From: the human T2T-CHM13v2.0 reference genome, Homo sapiens
Reading direction: 5' to 3' (one strand)
DNA length: 64,000 nt
Assembly (NCBI RefSeq): GCF_009914755.1
Contig: NC_060927.1
The notes beneath the pieces were generated by a model. The model did no database searches. It was given only the letters and a program-made list of their open reading frames with translations, and had not been told where the DNA came from. This document shows, one piece after another, positions 13,764 to 28,002 of the stretch. Positions within the stretch are counted from its first letter, which is position 1, and each line of letters begins with the position of its first letter. The translations under genes and the position numbers were made by a program.

Positions 13764-15499
13764 ACCAACTAATCTTCCATCCAGTTCCTTTCTATTTTGG
13801 GAAAACCCAACAAATTCCACTGCATGGGCAATGAGAACACTCCAAAACTACTCATTCAGCAACTTGTATATTTAAGAATGCTGTTTTTCAAGTGTGGTGC
13901 ATTGCTCTGCAGAACTGGCATTTTAAAAATAAAATTGGATTCATTTCCCGTAGACATGTTGCTGGTAATGTTCTGGAGAGTTGTTTCTCTTTCTAGAAGG
14001 GTTGGAGGTATAGAGAGTGCTTCCTGGTTAGTGCTGGAGCAAAGGAATGCTATGAAAAGAGATGGGTACGGGGAGGAAGGCCAAATATAGAAGCCGCTGC
14101 TTCAAGGGTCAGGATTGCAGACCTGGCCAGGACTCAAGTGGTCCGAGATATCCATACAGCAGCATGGGTCTCTCTCTCAAGGGCCCTGAATCTGCTCCCA
14201 TTCCTAAGACACCGCAATTTAATAAAATCCTCTTTAAGCCCATCGCAGTGTACTTTAAGCCTGTGCTGTGCAAAGCTCTGAGATGATTTACAGTGAAAAT
14301 TATTTACCATCCCCAGCCTGAAGAAGCCTCTTTACCCAGAAAAAAAAATACTTTAAAAACCTATAGACTCTAACAACACTACGCTTAGAAAAAAAAAATG
14401 TCAACCGTGATTAAGCATGTCTTATGTCGTACTCAAGTAGCTGTGCAGTTCGGCGGGCAGAACTGTAATTAACAATTAAGTCAATCAACAAATATGTATT
14501 TGTCTTTAGAAATGGGCCAGTTTAGCAACGCTCTAAAATTGTCAAAACATCCTCCTTTACTCAACAACCACACCCCAGCTACCTCACTCCCATACACACC
14601 TAACACTTTGTGACTTTGCGAAATAAACATGGCACAAATTTTTTTGAATACAGGATAGAGAGTCTTTCATTCTAGCAAGGACTGGATGGGCTGCATCCTT
14701 TGGACATGCTCCATAATGTTGGATTTTGCCCCAGACTCCTGCTCCAGGACCTCTCCCCCATCCCACCCCACCCACAGGTGCTCCCAGGGTTGCCCTTAGC
14801 AAATCAGAAGGTGGCCCAGCTTCATGCCTTTCCCCCAGGACCAGTCTCGGTAAATGGGCACAGCTGCCTCATGCATTCGGCGGCACTCTGACCTTTTCAA
14901 GGTACCCCCAGCTGTCTTGCCCGGAGTCAGGTCCTTAACACATTTACAAATAGTCTTCACCAGGATTCTCAAGCAGTCAGCCCTTTTCTTCCTGAGAAAG
15001 AAGAGACTCTCGGGCTTCCGAACCCTCCAGAGCTGCTACGCATCAAGGACAAGCATCACCGAAGGGTCTCCTGTTGTGCATTTCTCCAAGATCCTTTGCA
15101 AGTTAAACAGTAAGTTCACTTCAGCCACGCCAACACCACTCACAGTCACTGGAGAGAAGCCAGGCGGAGCCTCAGCAAGGACATTTGGGCCCAGTTACCC
15201 TTGACTCGTTGGACACAATGCTGACCTCTCATCCCTGAGGCAACCCCAGCTCTCCCTGTCTCCATCCAGAAGGGTGAGTCTAGGTCAGTCCAGCAAATGC
15301 CAGTTTACAGAAAGCTGAGAGACCAATTCACCAAGAGACAATTTGCAGAGCTCAACTTGCCAAGCAAACACATCGCCAAACTTATCTAATTTGCTTATTA
15401 GAATGTTCAACAGGGCTATTCAGCATCACTAGTGGGAACCATTAAATTTTGGTAACTGATGATGAGATACATAGAAAAGTATATTTCAGCTGCAGCAAC

Positions 15500-15847
<348 letters not shown>

Positions 15848-16635
15848 TGATATTTTGGATGAGATTGCTTAGGCTAATGCTGACTTCCCGCAAACACTTT
15901 GAGGTTTAAGTCTGGATTATTATCCAGTGGAGTAAGTGAGCCCCTGGCCCTGGCCTCTCCAGAACCATTCAGTTTCCAATTACACCCACCCACAGAACAT
16001 GCCCTCATTTCTGTGCGATCTGCCTCCCTGGTGCCTGAGCCCCTGGGCTCTATCAAGGTGGGCCTTGGCAACAGCTGTATCAGCCAACACAGCTGGCTCT
16101 GCTAGGGTCTGATGGTCTCCATGGATTGCTGAGAAAACTCCCAAGGGGGCTACAGCTAGGCCCCCTTGCCGACTTTGGGGGGACTGTGGCTGAAAGGCAC
16201 GGCAGCTTGCCAGGCCCCTCCCTTGTTACCTTCCATGGTGGAGCCTGAAAAGTGGAAAATGCTCGCCTTCCCAGCTGCGCCTTCATGCAAGGGTGACCAT
16301 GCAACCCAGCCCCGCAGTTAGCAGACAACCACATGGAGGAGCTCTGTTTAGGGACTTCTGGATGGTGGTATGCAGGGGGATGGTGGCAGTGAGGACCGTC
16401 CCCACAGATACCAAAAAGATGGCCTGCATTGTCTGTAAAGAGCTGAAAACAGTGACAGACCTGTGTGAAGGTCAATCTGCTTTTCTTTCTCACCATGTGC
16501 CTGCAATTCTAAATAAGGTCAGTGCTGTACCCCTTGTTCCACAGCCCGACCTGAAGAGCTCTGGAACTAGTGAAGGAGATGAATGCATTTGCAGGGAGAG
16601 TGACCACCTTCCCTCCAGTCGGCTCCACCTTCTTC

Positions 16636-16681
16636 ATGACAGCAGCCTTCACAATGACAGCAGCCTTCACAATGACAGCAG
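16636..16681. repeat. 18-bp tandem repeat, ~2.5 copies
   Basis: ATGACAGCAGCCTTCACA x2 plus ATGACAGCAG. Confidence 0.95.
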
Positions 16682-16984
16682 TGACGAGGGCACCCCTCAA
16701 GGCTTCAGACCTTCAGGGCCTTAGGACTCATGTTCTGTTTTCTGGCTACACTAACGGAGCTAAGGGAAGGAGCCTCTGCTTCCGCTGCTCAGATGCTGGC
16801 TGGTGCCCGCCATGCCTTCATCATTCTCACATCTGATTCAGGGGCTCTCCCTTTCTCCAGGCTTGGGTTCGGGGAACCTGAGGGCCACTATCTGCTGGGT
16901 TCCATCAGCAAGTCCAGCAGCACAGCTGATCTGACAGGTGTCACATGACTCACAGGCAGGCAGGCTCAGTGGGACAAGTCCTAA

Positions 16985-17126
16985 ACTAGGACTCAGGGGA
17001 CCGCCTGGTCTCTGTTGTCTACTAACCAGCTGTGTGACCTTCAATAGGCCACTTCCCTTTTCTAAGCCTCAGTTTCCATAGCAGTAAAACCAGAGGGCCC
17101 TTCTCTAGAGAGTTCTTCCCGCCCTG

Positions 17127-17130
<4 letters not shown>
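16985..17130 (+). mobile_element. MIR SINE
   Basis: ACTAACCAGCTGTGTGACCTT...AAGCCTCAGTTTCC core. Confidence 0.75.

Positions 17131-17200
<70 letters not shown>
17131..17200. repeat. Compound microsatellite (TC)22(AC)13
   Basis: Read directly from sequence. Confidence 0.98.
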
Positions 17201-17204
<4 letters not shown>

Positions 17205-18134
17205 CTGGGTGGGTATGTTTTACAGAAGTACTGTATTGCTCTACATTTTGTAACATGCTCTTAAGTTTTTGAGAAAATGATATACAGAAGGATTTGTAAC
17301 TTCTTTGCTATTCACTCAAATGAATCCATTTTGTGTTTTAGTAGCTTCAGATCACTTCAACAGCCAATGCAAATAATCAAGACAGAAGCAGTGCAACCTC
17401 TTGGAGTTGGCCTATTTCCAGTGGTACAGCCAAACGCAATGGCATTATTTACCCAAATTGTTGGGCAACCAGCATGCACTGGAAGCAGATGCCAGCAGAC
17501 GCCTTCCCGGACGCCAAGTCCTAGGAGTTGGCTTAGGCCCTTAGCTCAGGATGGAGGCAGCACCCACTGCATTGACACAATGCTGTGGGGTGATCCAGTC
17601 CTCAGCAACCACAGGGAGGATCCAGCCACTGGGGCAGACTGCACTTCAGGGACATCAGAAGCGGAAACCTGGGCTGGGGAGGTGCTTCCAAAGGAAACAC
17701 CTGGAAGAGGGAGAAAGGATAAAAGAACCACCATCTAGATTAGGAAAGCAAGGCAGTTCCTGCCACCCAGAATAGTGTGTGCTGCTTGTTTGGAAAATGC
17801 ATGATCATTTTCAGAGTCCTGAGGCCCGTCAGAGACTTTATGTCCAGCAGTGCCGATGGCCTGGTTCTCAGTCAAGGTAGTGGTCTGAGCTGCCATGGTC
17901 GGTCTCCTGCTCCAAACACATAGAAATTCTAGGTAAAGTACAGAAAATTAAATTTCAAAACCTATAACGAAGCTCAGAAGCTAAAAAAGCATCTGTGGAT
18001 GCTCAAATAAAGAGGAGTCTTGCAGTGGTAATCAGGATTGAGCTACACCCTGTGTGTGCCTTAGAGGCTGGGTTTAGTTTTCAAGTTATCAGAAATCATA
18101 TTGAGCTATAGAGATAGTTTATCACCCTGCATCT

Positions 18135-18390
18135 TTTAAAAACCAGATTAGGATATAATTTACATACAGTGAAATTCGCCCTTTTTAGGATATAATACTG
18201 TGAGTTCTGGCAAATAAATACAGTCATAGAACTACTACCCCCGTCAAGGCATGGAGCAGTTCCATCACCACGAACGCCCTTCTGCCCTTTGTAGCCAACT
18301 CTTCCCCCTCCCCTGGAAACTACTGGTCTATATTTGCCCTTCTATTTCTGCTTTTTCCAGAATTCCAGAGAAATGGAGTCATACGGTGTT
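18135..18390 (-). mobile_element. L1M 3'-end fragment nested in opposite orientation
   Basis: GATATAATTTACATACAGTGAAATT...AAATGGAGTCATAC. Confidence 0.7.
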
Positions 18391-18973
18391 TAGAAAGGCT
18401 GCAGCTTTAGTTCTTGCCCAGGAAGTGACACCAAGGCCACAGCCTTGCCGACAGCAGGAATACTAGGACTGAGTTCCCCAAATGAAACCAGGAGTCAGGA
18501 AAGGGCTCTCCTGTTTAGGAACTGGGATTAGAAAAACTGCTTGCTGGCCTGAATATTAGGCACAAAAGTGGGTCACTTACCTTGGACCATGAGGGAAACT
18601 GTCACCAATAAAATATCTGAACCTCTAGGTTGTATGACACAAAATTATGGACAGGTATTCTCATTGCTACCAGCACGGTGTGGATGTCCCGAGCCTAGAA
18701 ACTCACATAAATACTGGTCTAGAAACTGTTTGCCCTTTAGAGGCAACAGATGCAATCACAATGTCATTCCAGAGGAACATCTCTGCAATCCAGGCATATG
18801 CAGGACCCCTCAGGAGATAGCTTCACCCACATAAATACAAAGCGCGCAAAGAAATCCAAAGCTCTGAGCAGTAAACAGCAGATTCAACCAGAAAACATGT
18901 CAGAAATGTAAAATTGTATAGAAGTCTGTGAGGGACTTTAAAATAGCTATATTTGAAGTATTTGAAGAACTCA

Positions 18974-19291
<318 letters not shown>

Positions 19292-19904
19292 CAGAAAGAA
19301 AGAAAGAATAGACTGATAATGCAAAAACAGAATATTGTAGGAGACAATTACAGAAATGAATAATCTAATAATTGGTTTTTAAAAACTAATGGTCAAGTTA
19401 AATCATCACTAGACAACTGAAAGAGGAATTAATGAGTAGGATGATAGAGCAAAGGAGATCACAGATATATAAAGAGATATGAAATCTGAGAGAGGAGTTA
19501 AGAGATGTGGAGGAGAGAGACTTATGCCTAACAGGAGCGTGAGAATACAGAGATGGGGAAAGAGGCAATATTTAAAGAGATGATGGCAGAAATATTTTTC
19601 AGAGATTAGGAAAGACCTATGGCCCCACATTAAATAAGCATACTAAGCCCAAAGCAGGATAAATAGACATAAATTCACATCTACAAGGAAAAAAAATGGT
19701 AAAAGCTAGTTTAATGAAGAGATAGATCACCTACAAAAGAATGGCTATCAGATTAACGGCAGAGCTTCCTTCATCAACATAGATATCCTAAGACAATGAC
19801 TTATATCTTCAATGTGCTAAGAAAAAATGTCTTCCAAGGGGATTATAGTGTAGAACAGGTCCTCTCCTTCTCCTCCAGTATGTCTACACTTAAGAGGTCA
19901 ATAG

Positions 19905-20348
<444 letters not shown>

Positions 20349-20552
20349 CTATATTCAAGTAAACTGGCGTTCAAGATATGCCAGGTGGATCAGCTAGACA
20401 GAGGTGAGCTAAATATTTGTTTAGATATATTAAGATAGTTTAAGGCCCAGAGATCCCCTCTGAAAGAACTTGAACTAGTCAACAATTCAGAGGGGAAATA
20501 GAAAGTGAACCCAGAAGAAAAGCACGACTGGAAAAAAAAAAAAAAAAACAAG

Positions 20553-20945
20553 TGTATTAATTTGCTAGGGCTGCCATAACCAAGTACCACAGAGTGGGTG
20601 GCTTCAACCGCAGACAGTTATTTTCTCCCAGTTCTGGAGGCTGGATGCCCAGGGTCAAGGTGTCAGCAGCTCTGGTTTCTGAGGACTCTCTCTCTGGCTC
20701 GCAGATGCCGGTCTTATTGCTCTGTCCTCACACGGCCTTTCCTCTCTTTGCAGACATGTGTCTGTGTCCAAATTTCTTCTTCTTTTAAGGACATCCATCA
20801 TATTGGATTAAGGCCCATTCTAAACACCTCACTGTAACTTAATTACCTCTTTATTTTAAAGACCCTATCTCCCAATACAGTTACATTCTGAGCTATTGGG
20901 GCTTCAACATATGAATTTTGAAGAAACACAATTCAACCCATAACA
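20553..20945 (-). mobile_element. MLT1A/B-like MaLR solo LTR
   Basis: TGTATTAATTTGCTAGGGCTGCCATAAC...ACACAATTCAACCCATAACA termini. Confidence 0.85.
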
Positions 20946-20989
20946 GTAAGTGTGTACAAAGAAATTAGTAAGATCTAAATAAGTATTGA

Positions 20990-21031
20990 ATCATCATTAT
21001 CACCATCATCTCATCATCATCATCATCATCA
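20990..21031. repeat. Imperfect (CAT)n microsatellite
   Basis: ATCATCATTATCACCATCATCTCATCATCATCATCATCATCA. Confidence 0.9.
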
Positions 21032-21034
21032 ATT

Positions 21035-23120
21035 TGGGAGATTTAAAAACATGAGGAATTAAAATAATAGAAATAGTAAAAAATGTGAGCAGTGAAAGGT
21101 TGTAAGTAAGAAATTTTGAGTGTATAAAATTACTGTTTTTATTCAGGAGAAGGATAAAGTGTTGATTAACTTCAGGCTTTGTTCAAAAAATACACAGTGA
21201 AGTATGCATATTATAAGCTTTAGGAAAATAGTGAAAGATCAGAAACACATGCATAATTTTCAAATCAGTAGAGGGCAAAAGAGGGAAGAAAATCTAATCA
21301 GTCTCACAGAAAGCCACAGAAAAGGAGTGGGAAAGGCAAAGAAACAATACATGAAGAATGCAAAATAAGATAGACAAAAATCCAAATCATCACAGTAATC
21401 ACAGAAATCGTAAATGGATTAATTTTTCCTATTAAAAGATAGACACTCGGAGTACACTTCCAATGTCCAGATTATGCAGTTTGTAAGAAATGCTCTAAAC
21501 ATAATGACAGAGCTTGAAAATAGACATAAAAAGATATACCAGGGGTATCCGTTATAAAGCTTTGGTTACAGGGTACAGAAGAATCAACCAAATTGGTTAA
21601 TAATAAAGTAGATTTATTAGTTTAGATAAACAGACGTTGCAGAGGCAGGATCAGCTTCAGAGTAGCTTGATTCAGCAACAATCTCATTAAGGACCGAGCA
21701 TCTTCCTATCTCTGCTCTCCCTTCCATGGTATCAGCTTTACTTTTAGGCTGGCTTCCCTTTGGGAGAAAATTGACTGTAGGATTTCTAGGTTTCATCTCA
21801 CCTATCCCATCAAGAAAATTCGAGGCAATTCTAAAGAACAATAAGAGATTAGGGAATATGGCTTAACCAACAGGATATAAACAATTCTTATAAAGCTATA
21901 CTAATAAAACTGGGTGATATTTATAGAGCAATAAAAAATAGACCAAATTAATAGATCAGAGAGCTTAGAGACTACATATATATAGATATACTTGGTGTTG
22001 GGACAATGGCTTTCCATGTAAAAGAATAAAATCAGGTTCCTATCTCATAGCATGCACAAAAATAAATTCCAGTTTGGCTAAAGCCTATATATTAAAAATA
22101 TAACTTTTAAGCTACTAAAAAAAAATCTTTATGACATCAGGTAATAAAAAGCTTTCAAGATATAAGAGAACAAACCGTTTAAAAATTCATAGATTTGTCT
22201 ATATCAAAATCAAAATGCTTTATGACAAAAAATGATAGATTAGAAGTTGTTTACAATATGAAATACCAAAAAGGTAGTCTTCAGAATATATAAAGACCTT
22301 CTACAACTCAATAAGAAAAAGGCGCTCAACCCAATAGAAAGAGGGTAAGAGATTTAAAGGGGTAATTCACAGAAGAGGAAATCCAAGTGGTCATGAATAC
22401 ATGAAAAGACGCTCAACTCATGGAAGCACTCACAGAAAACAAGTTGAAATCTTCTCATATCATGTCAATCTCCATATTTTAGAAAAAAATTAAAAGTCTG
22501 AAAATACTAATCTTTGTGAAAATATGAGGAAAATGGGAACTTTCAGAAACACTGCTAGTGGGGGATAAATTAGCACAGCCATTTGGGGAACAGCTTTGCA
22601 GTTATTATTAACATTGAAAAATGCACACATTTTATGACCGAAAAAATTCCCAAGGCATCAACCCTAGAGAAACTCTTCTATGAGGGTAAGAAAACACCTC
22701 AGCCTTGTAATAAGGAAAACATTTTTAAACAACCTAAATTTTCATCTAAAGTAAAAGTGGTACATATTAATTAGCAGCAGTGAAAAGCAATGAACTATAT
22801 CTGCGTATCTTGACATGAACAGATCTTCTAAGCCCCGTAATGAGTGAAAAAATCAAAGTGACATATATATATGGAGAGAGAAAGATTATTTATTACATAA
22901 ATTTATTACATAAATTTTTTAAATGTGGAAGATAATACTTTACATGATTAGGGACACAAATATATATTATAAGCATTTTTTAAGTGGACAAGAAGGCACA
23001 TACCAAATTTATGACAATAACTTCCTCTGGAAAGGAAAGGAGGGAAATAGGAATGGGTAGTGATAAAAGTGAGATTCAATTTCATCAGTGAATTTCCTTT
23101 TTTAAAGCTCTCTGTGGGAT
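21035..23120 (+). mobile_element. Old L1M inter-ORF/ORF2/3' fragments (probable MLT1 insert ~21545-21810)
   Basis: GTAAATGGATTAAT (ORF2 start region), CTACAACTCAATAAGAAAAA, AATTCACAGAAGAGGAAATCCAA, CATGAAAAGACGCTCAACT. Confidence 0.75.
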
Positions 23121-23131
23121 TAATATGATGC

Positions 23132-23560
23132 TGTGTTTTAGACCATTTTCTGTTGCTTTAATAGAATGACTGATACTGGGTAATTTATAAAGACCAAAAG
23201 GTTATTTGGCTCACGGTCTTGGAGGCTGGGAAGTCCAAGGGCATGGCATCAGCACCTGGTGAGGGTTTTCTTGCTCATCATAACATTGGGGAAGGCATTA
23301 TACAGAGAGAGAGCAAGCAAGCACATACGAAAAAGACTGCAAAAGTGAGCTGAGCTCATTTTATAACAACCCACTCTCGTGAGAAGTAACTTCCTCCCTA
23401 GAGAACTAATTCACTCCCATGATAATGGCAGTAATCCATTCAGGAGGGCTCCACTCTTGTGATCCAAGGATCTCTTAAAGGCCCCACGTCTTAATACTGT
23501 TACATTGGCAATGAAGTTTGTAACACATGAACTTTTAGGGGGCACATTCAAACCAGAGCA
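23132..23560 (-). mobile_element. MST-type MaLR solo LTR
   Basis: ACTGGGTAATTTATAAAG, GGAGGCTGGGAAGTCCAAG, ends GGGGGCACATTCAAACCAGAGCA. Confidence 0.85.
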
Positions 23561-23569
23561 GGCTGGGAC

Positions 23570-23720
23570 TTCAAATCTCACCCTACTGAGTTTCTTCCCC
23601 TTCTCTGACCTGCATCTCCCATTGTCTTGCCAGTTTCTCCTGGGAGCGCTTCCCTGATAAACTGTGTGCACAGTGAACCTCATCCCACGGTCTGCTACTA
23701 GAGAGCCTGTCCTAAGACGA
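23570..23720 (+). mobile_element. LTR16-like 3' fragment
   Basis: CTCCTGGGAGCGCTTCCCTGATAAAC...GGTCTGCT...CCTAAGAC. Confidence 0.5.
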
Positions 23721-23767
23721 TGAGGCACTCAAGTCTCTCCCCCTCACTCCAATTCTTTGCTCCATCT

Positions 23768-24228
23768 TTGGTAGGCTGAAAAATGACTCCTGCCCCCACA
23801 AAAAATCAGTATTCTAATCCATGTGACCTGTGAATTTTACATTGTATGGCAAAACAAAGGGGTCTTTGCAGATGAGAGTAAATTAAGGATCTTGGGACGG
23901 AGGGTTATCTGGATACGCCCTAAAGGCACACACATTTATCCTTATCAGAGTGAGGCAGAGGGAGATTTGACCACACACACAGATGAGAAGGCCATGTGAC
24001 GATGGATCAGGGAGAAATTCAAAGATGCTGGCCTTGAAGATTGGAGTGATGAGGCCACAAACCAAGGAATGCCAGCAGCCACCAGAAACTGGAAGAAACA
24101 AGAAACAAATTATCCCCTAAAGCTTTCAGAGGAGCATGGCTGTCTATGATTTTGAACTTCTGAGCTCCAGAACTGGGAGGGAATAAGTTTATGGTAATTC
24201 GTTAAAACAGCCATGGGAAACCAACATG
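23768..24228 (+). mobile_element. MLT1D-like MaLR LTR
   Basis: GGTAGGCTGAAAAATG start; AAGATGCTGGCCTTGAAGATTGGAGTGATG; CCAAGGAATGCCAGCAGCCACCAGAA; same family as 5901-6450. Confidence 0.85.
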
Positions 24229-24261
24229 CTCTCCTACTAGTAAAAGCTTATAATCCTTACA

Positions 24262-24460
24262 CCATGCTTACCATATCCCAGGCCCTGTGCTGAACTTTCA
24301 CCCTGGTTGTCTCACGTAAGACTCACAATATCTCTTTGGGTTAGTTAATTCACAGGAGCAAAAACTGAGGTTTGAAGAAGTTAAATGACTTGCCCAGGGT
24401 GACACAGAGTCAGGATTCAGACACAGGCAGGCCAACTCCAGAGCTGTCCTTCTCTACAAG
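24262..24460 (-). mobile_element. MIR SINE
   Basis: AAAACTGAGGTTTGAAGAAGTTAAATGACTTGCCCAGGGTGACACAG. Confidence 0.8.
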
Positions 24461-26220
24461 TACTGTGGTCCCACCTTTCAAGTTGGGAGGCCCAGCAGGG
24501 ATGGTTATCAAGCAGGGAAGAAGGGGAGGTATGTCCAGTCTCTGCTGTATGTCAGGATCCCAGAAAAAAAGCATTAGAAGCCTGGGCTCTGGTATCTCTC
24601 CACCTGCCAGACCCCACCCACCAGTTCCAAGGAAAGGCAGCCCCAGCAAACGTCTCCACAGGGACTGAGCAAGGCAGATGGCTGGGCTGCTGAGCAGACG
24701 GAGGGAGCCCAGGGCTTTCTGTGCTCAAGGCCTGCTCAGAGAAGGTTGGTCTGGACACCCCAACCAGCCAGTTCACCAAGCACTGGCATCTTCCCACAAG
24801 AGAAGAAAGGAGGGAAAGATGGAAAAGAAAGAGGGAGGACAACAAAACAGCCCAAACAGCCCAAATCACTCCTCCCCCAACAGCTGCGTTCAACAAAGGG
24901 ACATTAAATTAAATTCTTGAGGAAACAGGGCTCAGAGGGTAGGACCATGCCAAGTGAGCCCAGGAACACTTACCACTCTTCGGAACCCAATTAGCCTCCC
25001 TTTGGGACACTGGGCTCTTCATTAATCCCTTCTCTGGCTGAAAATGAGGTCCCTACGCTTTGATCCCCTCTGCCTGCCTGCCAGGGCTCCTGGCTGGGAA
25101 ATGTCACATCTGCCACTGCTCACACCATTGTCTGAGCTTACAGACCCATGGCTCTCCAGTAGCATAGGCCACGCTGCCAGAAGCCCCTCCAAACACTCAC
25201 CCAGACTTGACTGTGGTCCCCAGATACACCCAACATACTCTCTGGGCACCATCAGAGAAAACTCAGACCCAGTACCTGCCATGAAAGAACTTGAGATGGA
25301 AGAGGGAGAAAAACTTATACAAAAACCTTTGATATGGCCCATAAAATCTCATCAGAGCCTTTACTTTACTGAGCACTGGCCTAATCCCATTCCCACATGG
25401 TCCATAAACAGTTTTGTGTCCCTTACCCCACTGGGCCTGTCGCCCTGCTGTCCTGCCCTGATGCAGCTGGAGGCTGGGGGGCTCCAGCCTTCTCCTGAGG
25501 ATTCCTGTCTAAATGCTCAGCTGCTCTGGAATTCACAGGAGCCCAGGGCATGGGGCCCACCTGGTCTCCTGCTTCCTTCAGGTTGTTGCAGAGCCCCTGT
25601 CCTCCCTCGCCTTCTCTACCCCTTTGCTCCCCCTGCCTCGCCTGCAGCTGTCCATGAGCTCTGCTCAGCAAGTCCCAGCTGACCTGGATCTTTCCTTTTT
25701 TTCCAGCTAAACAGATATCTGCCTTGCTAATACTGACTGCCTTTCAAAGCATAATTATGATGTGTTGTGTTAAAATCACACTCCAGTAAGGAGCAGGAGA
25801 CAGGGGAGAGGAATGGATGGGATGAAGAGGGCCAAGAGTCTCTTCCTGTCTCCCGGTGCAGGGATTAAGAGACTGAAGAGGGCATTCTGGGGAAACTGAG
25901 GCTCAGAATGGCCCAATAACCTGCCCAAAGCCAGACAGTCTGTAACTGGTGGAGCTAAGATCCTGCTGTTGACTTCATTTGCAGGTGGAGGAGGATGAGA
26001 AGGAAGTTTAGGGTGCATCTGCCAGGTCTGGGCAGAGCCTGCCCCAGTTGTGTTCAAGGTCCAGTGTTCGACACCCCCACCCTGGCCCCATGCGGGACTC
26101 CAGGGAAAGCCTGGAACCACGCCCCGGGAAAACACACAGGAACTCTGAGGGCTGGGCAGGGAGGGCTGCGGAGCTGCCCAGGACACCTTGCCTGACAAGG
26201 GCTCCTGCCATGCAGCTCAT

Positions 26221-26900
26221 TTCAGCATAACACCTGCTTACGACGGCCTGCTCTGCCTGGGGAAGGATATCAGGCCCCGTGGAGGATGCACAGCGAAGCC
26301 AGCACGTCCCTGACCTCAAGAAGTTGCCAGCCTCCCGAGGGAGATGGCTGTCGCACGGACTCCCGCACCCACCAGAAGGCCTGCAGGGAGACCTCTGGGG
26401 CCGCTTTTCAGTCACGACCTCTATGCTCCACGCCCGTCCTCTGGGCGCCAACTGGTGATGCTGGAGCTGGGACTCTGCCCGCGGCTCCGCTCTGCCAGCC
26501 GGGTCTGTGTAGGCTCTGCAGCCCGGGCGCTAGAGCGGCACCTCCAGGCTGGTGCGGGAGGCAGGACTTGCTCTTCCTATTTGCTCCCTGTCCGCTTCCT
26601 GCGGGCTTCCTGTTCCTGGGAGCTCGTTGTCTCCCTCCCCAGCCAACAGCCGGCAGTGCCAAACCGGAGCCGCAGCGGAACGCAGCTTGCAGCTTCTCCA
26701 ACTCTGGCAGAACCAGTTGCGTCACCCTGTGGCCCAAGAGCCGGCTCAGACCCCTGCTCAGAGGTTGGGATCCCAGGCAAGTGGGCCCTTGTCTGCAGGG
26801 CCCCAGCGCCAGCGCGCAGAGACCTCTCCTCAAGTCGGCTCTGCAGGGTCCCTCCGCTGTGTTTCTAAATGTCCCCCTTCGCCCCTTCAGCCACAGAAAT
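26221..26900. promoter_or_regulatory. Non-repeat CpG-rich element (weak/orphan CpG island; candidate enhancer or promoter)
   Basis: About 38 CpGs by hand count in 26221-26881 in clearly GC-rich unique DNA, far above flanks; clustered TTCC ETS cores; CTCF-like motif. Confidence 0.55.
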
Positions 26901-27041
26901 AGTAGTAGCTGCCTTCTGCAGTTGCCACTTCTGCTCACCCTGTCAGTCTCTGTCACCCTGATGACTGCAGAGAAGAGTCTGGAGACCAAGATGGACCTCC
27001 CAGGACTTACAAAGCAGAGACTTTCACTCCTGCTCTGCTGA

Positions 27042-27410
<369 letters not shown>

Positions 27411-27779
27411 TCAACCTCAGTTCTTTATAGGAAACTCTCTGTGCCCTCCTTATTGGATGCTGACTGCTGCTGGATCTTTAGTGGGTAGCTAGCCTTTTGA
27501 TCTCATCCTCAGGATCTTGATGGCCCCCTCTCTGATAGCAGTTGACCTTATTCGTAGAACTGCTCCTCCACATGGCCCATCCCTTAGGATTTGACTTCAC
27601 TGCCATAGCAGTCCCCTCTGCCCTAACTTGGCCTGAACATGATGTCAGTCCCAGAGGTGGGCCTGTGGCCTAAGGCAGCTGACCACAGCCTTCCCTGGAA
27701 CCTGTATACTCTGAGCTCTTTCTTTTCCACAGTCACCAACTAGGGTAATTTAAACTGGGTTGTCTGCAGCGGGGCCTCT

Positions 27780-28002
27780 GCCTCCCACGGCTCCCCGTCC
27801 CAGGTTATCCTGTGTGTAGTAGAAAATAATGGTGACCATTCACAGATTGAGAGCTGGCTGCATTGAGGCTGCCATCCGGTCATGCCTGAGGTCCACTCCA
27901 CCCCTGTCTTTCCCAATTTCTGGAGCCCAAAGCCTCCCTTTGTGTGTAGGCAAGCGTGAGCTGGGTTTCTGTCACGCTCAACAGAGGGAGTCCTGACTGA
28001 TG
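27780..28002 (+). mobile_element. Old MLT1 LTR 3' fragment
   Basis: GAGCTGGGTTTCTGTCAC...GAGTCCTGACTGAT end motif. Confidence 0.55.

Noticed and set aside
14854-15204. 116-aa ORF with a nearby GTAAGT donor (~15110) as a coding exon
   Set aside because: No recognisable protein similarity and no clear matching acceptor; could at most be a lncRNA exon, which sequence alone cannot support
20454-20496. 11-bp inverted repeat TCCCCTCTGAA...TTCAGAGGGGA as a miRNA or terminator hairpin
   Set aside because: Too short for a pre-miRNA, lies in probable L1-derived sequence, and one such match in 64 kb is plausible by chance
25044-25682. 212-aa + strand ORF
   Set aside because: Pro/Leu/Ser-rich composition typical of non-coding GC-rich DNA; no domain or splice evidence
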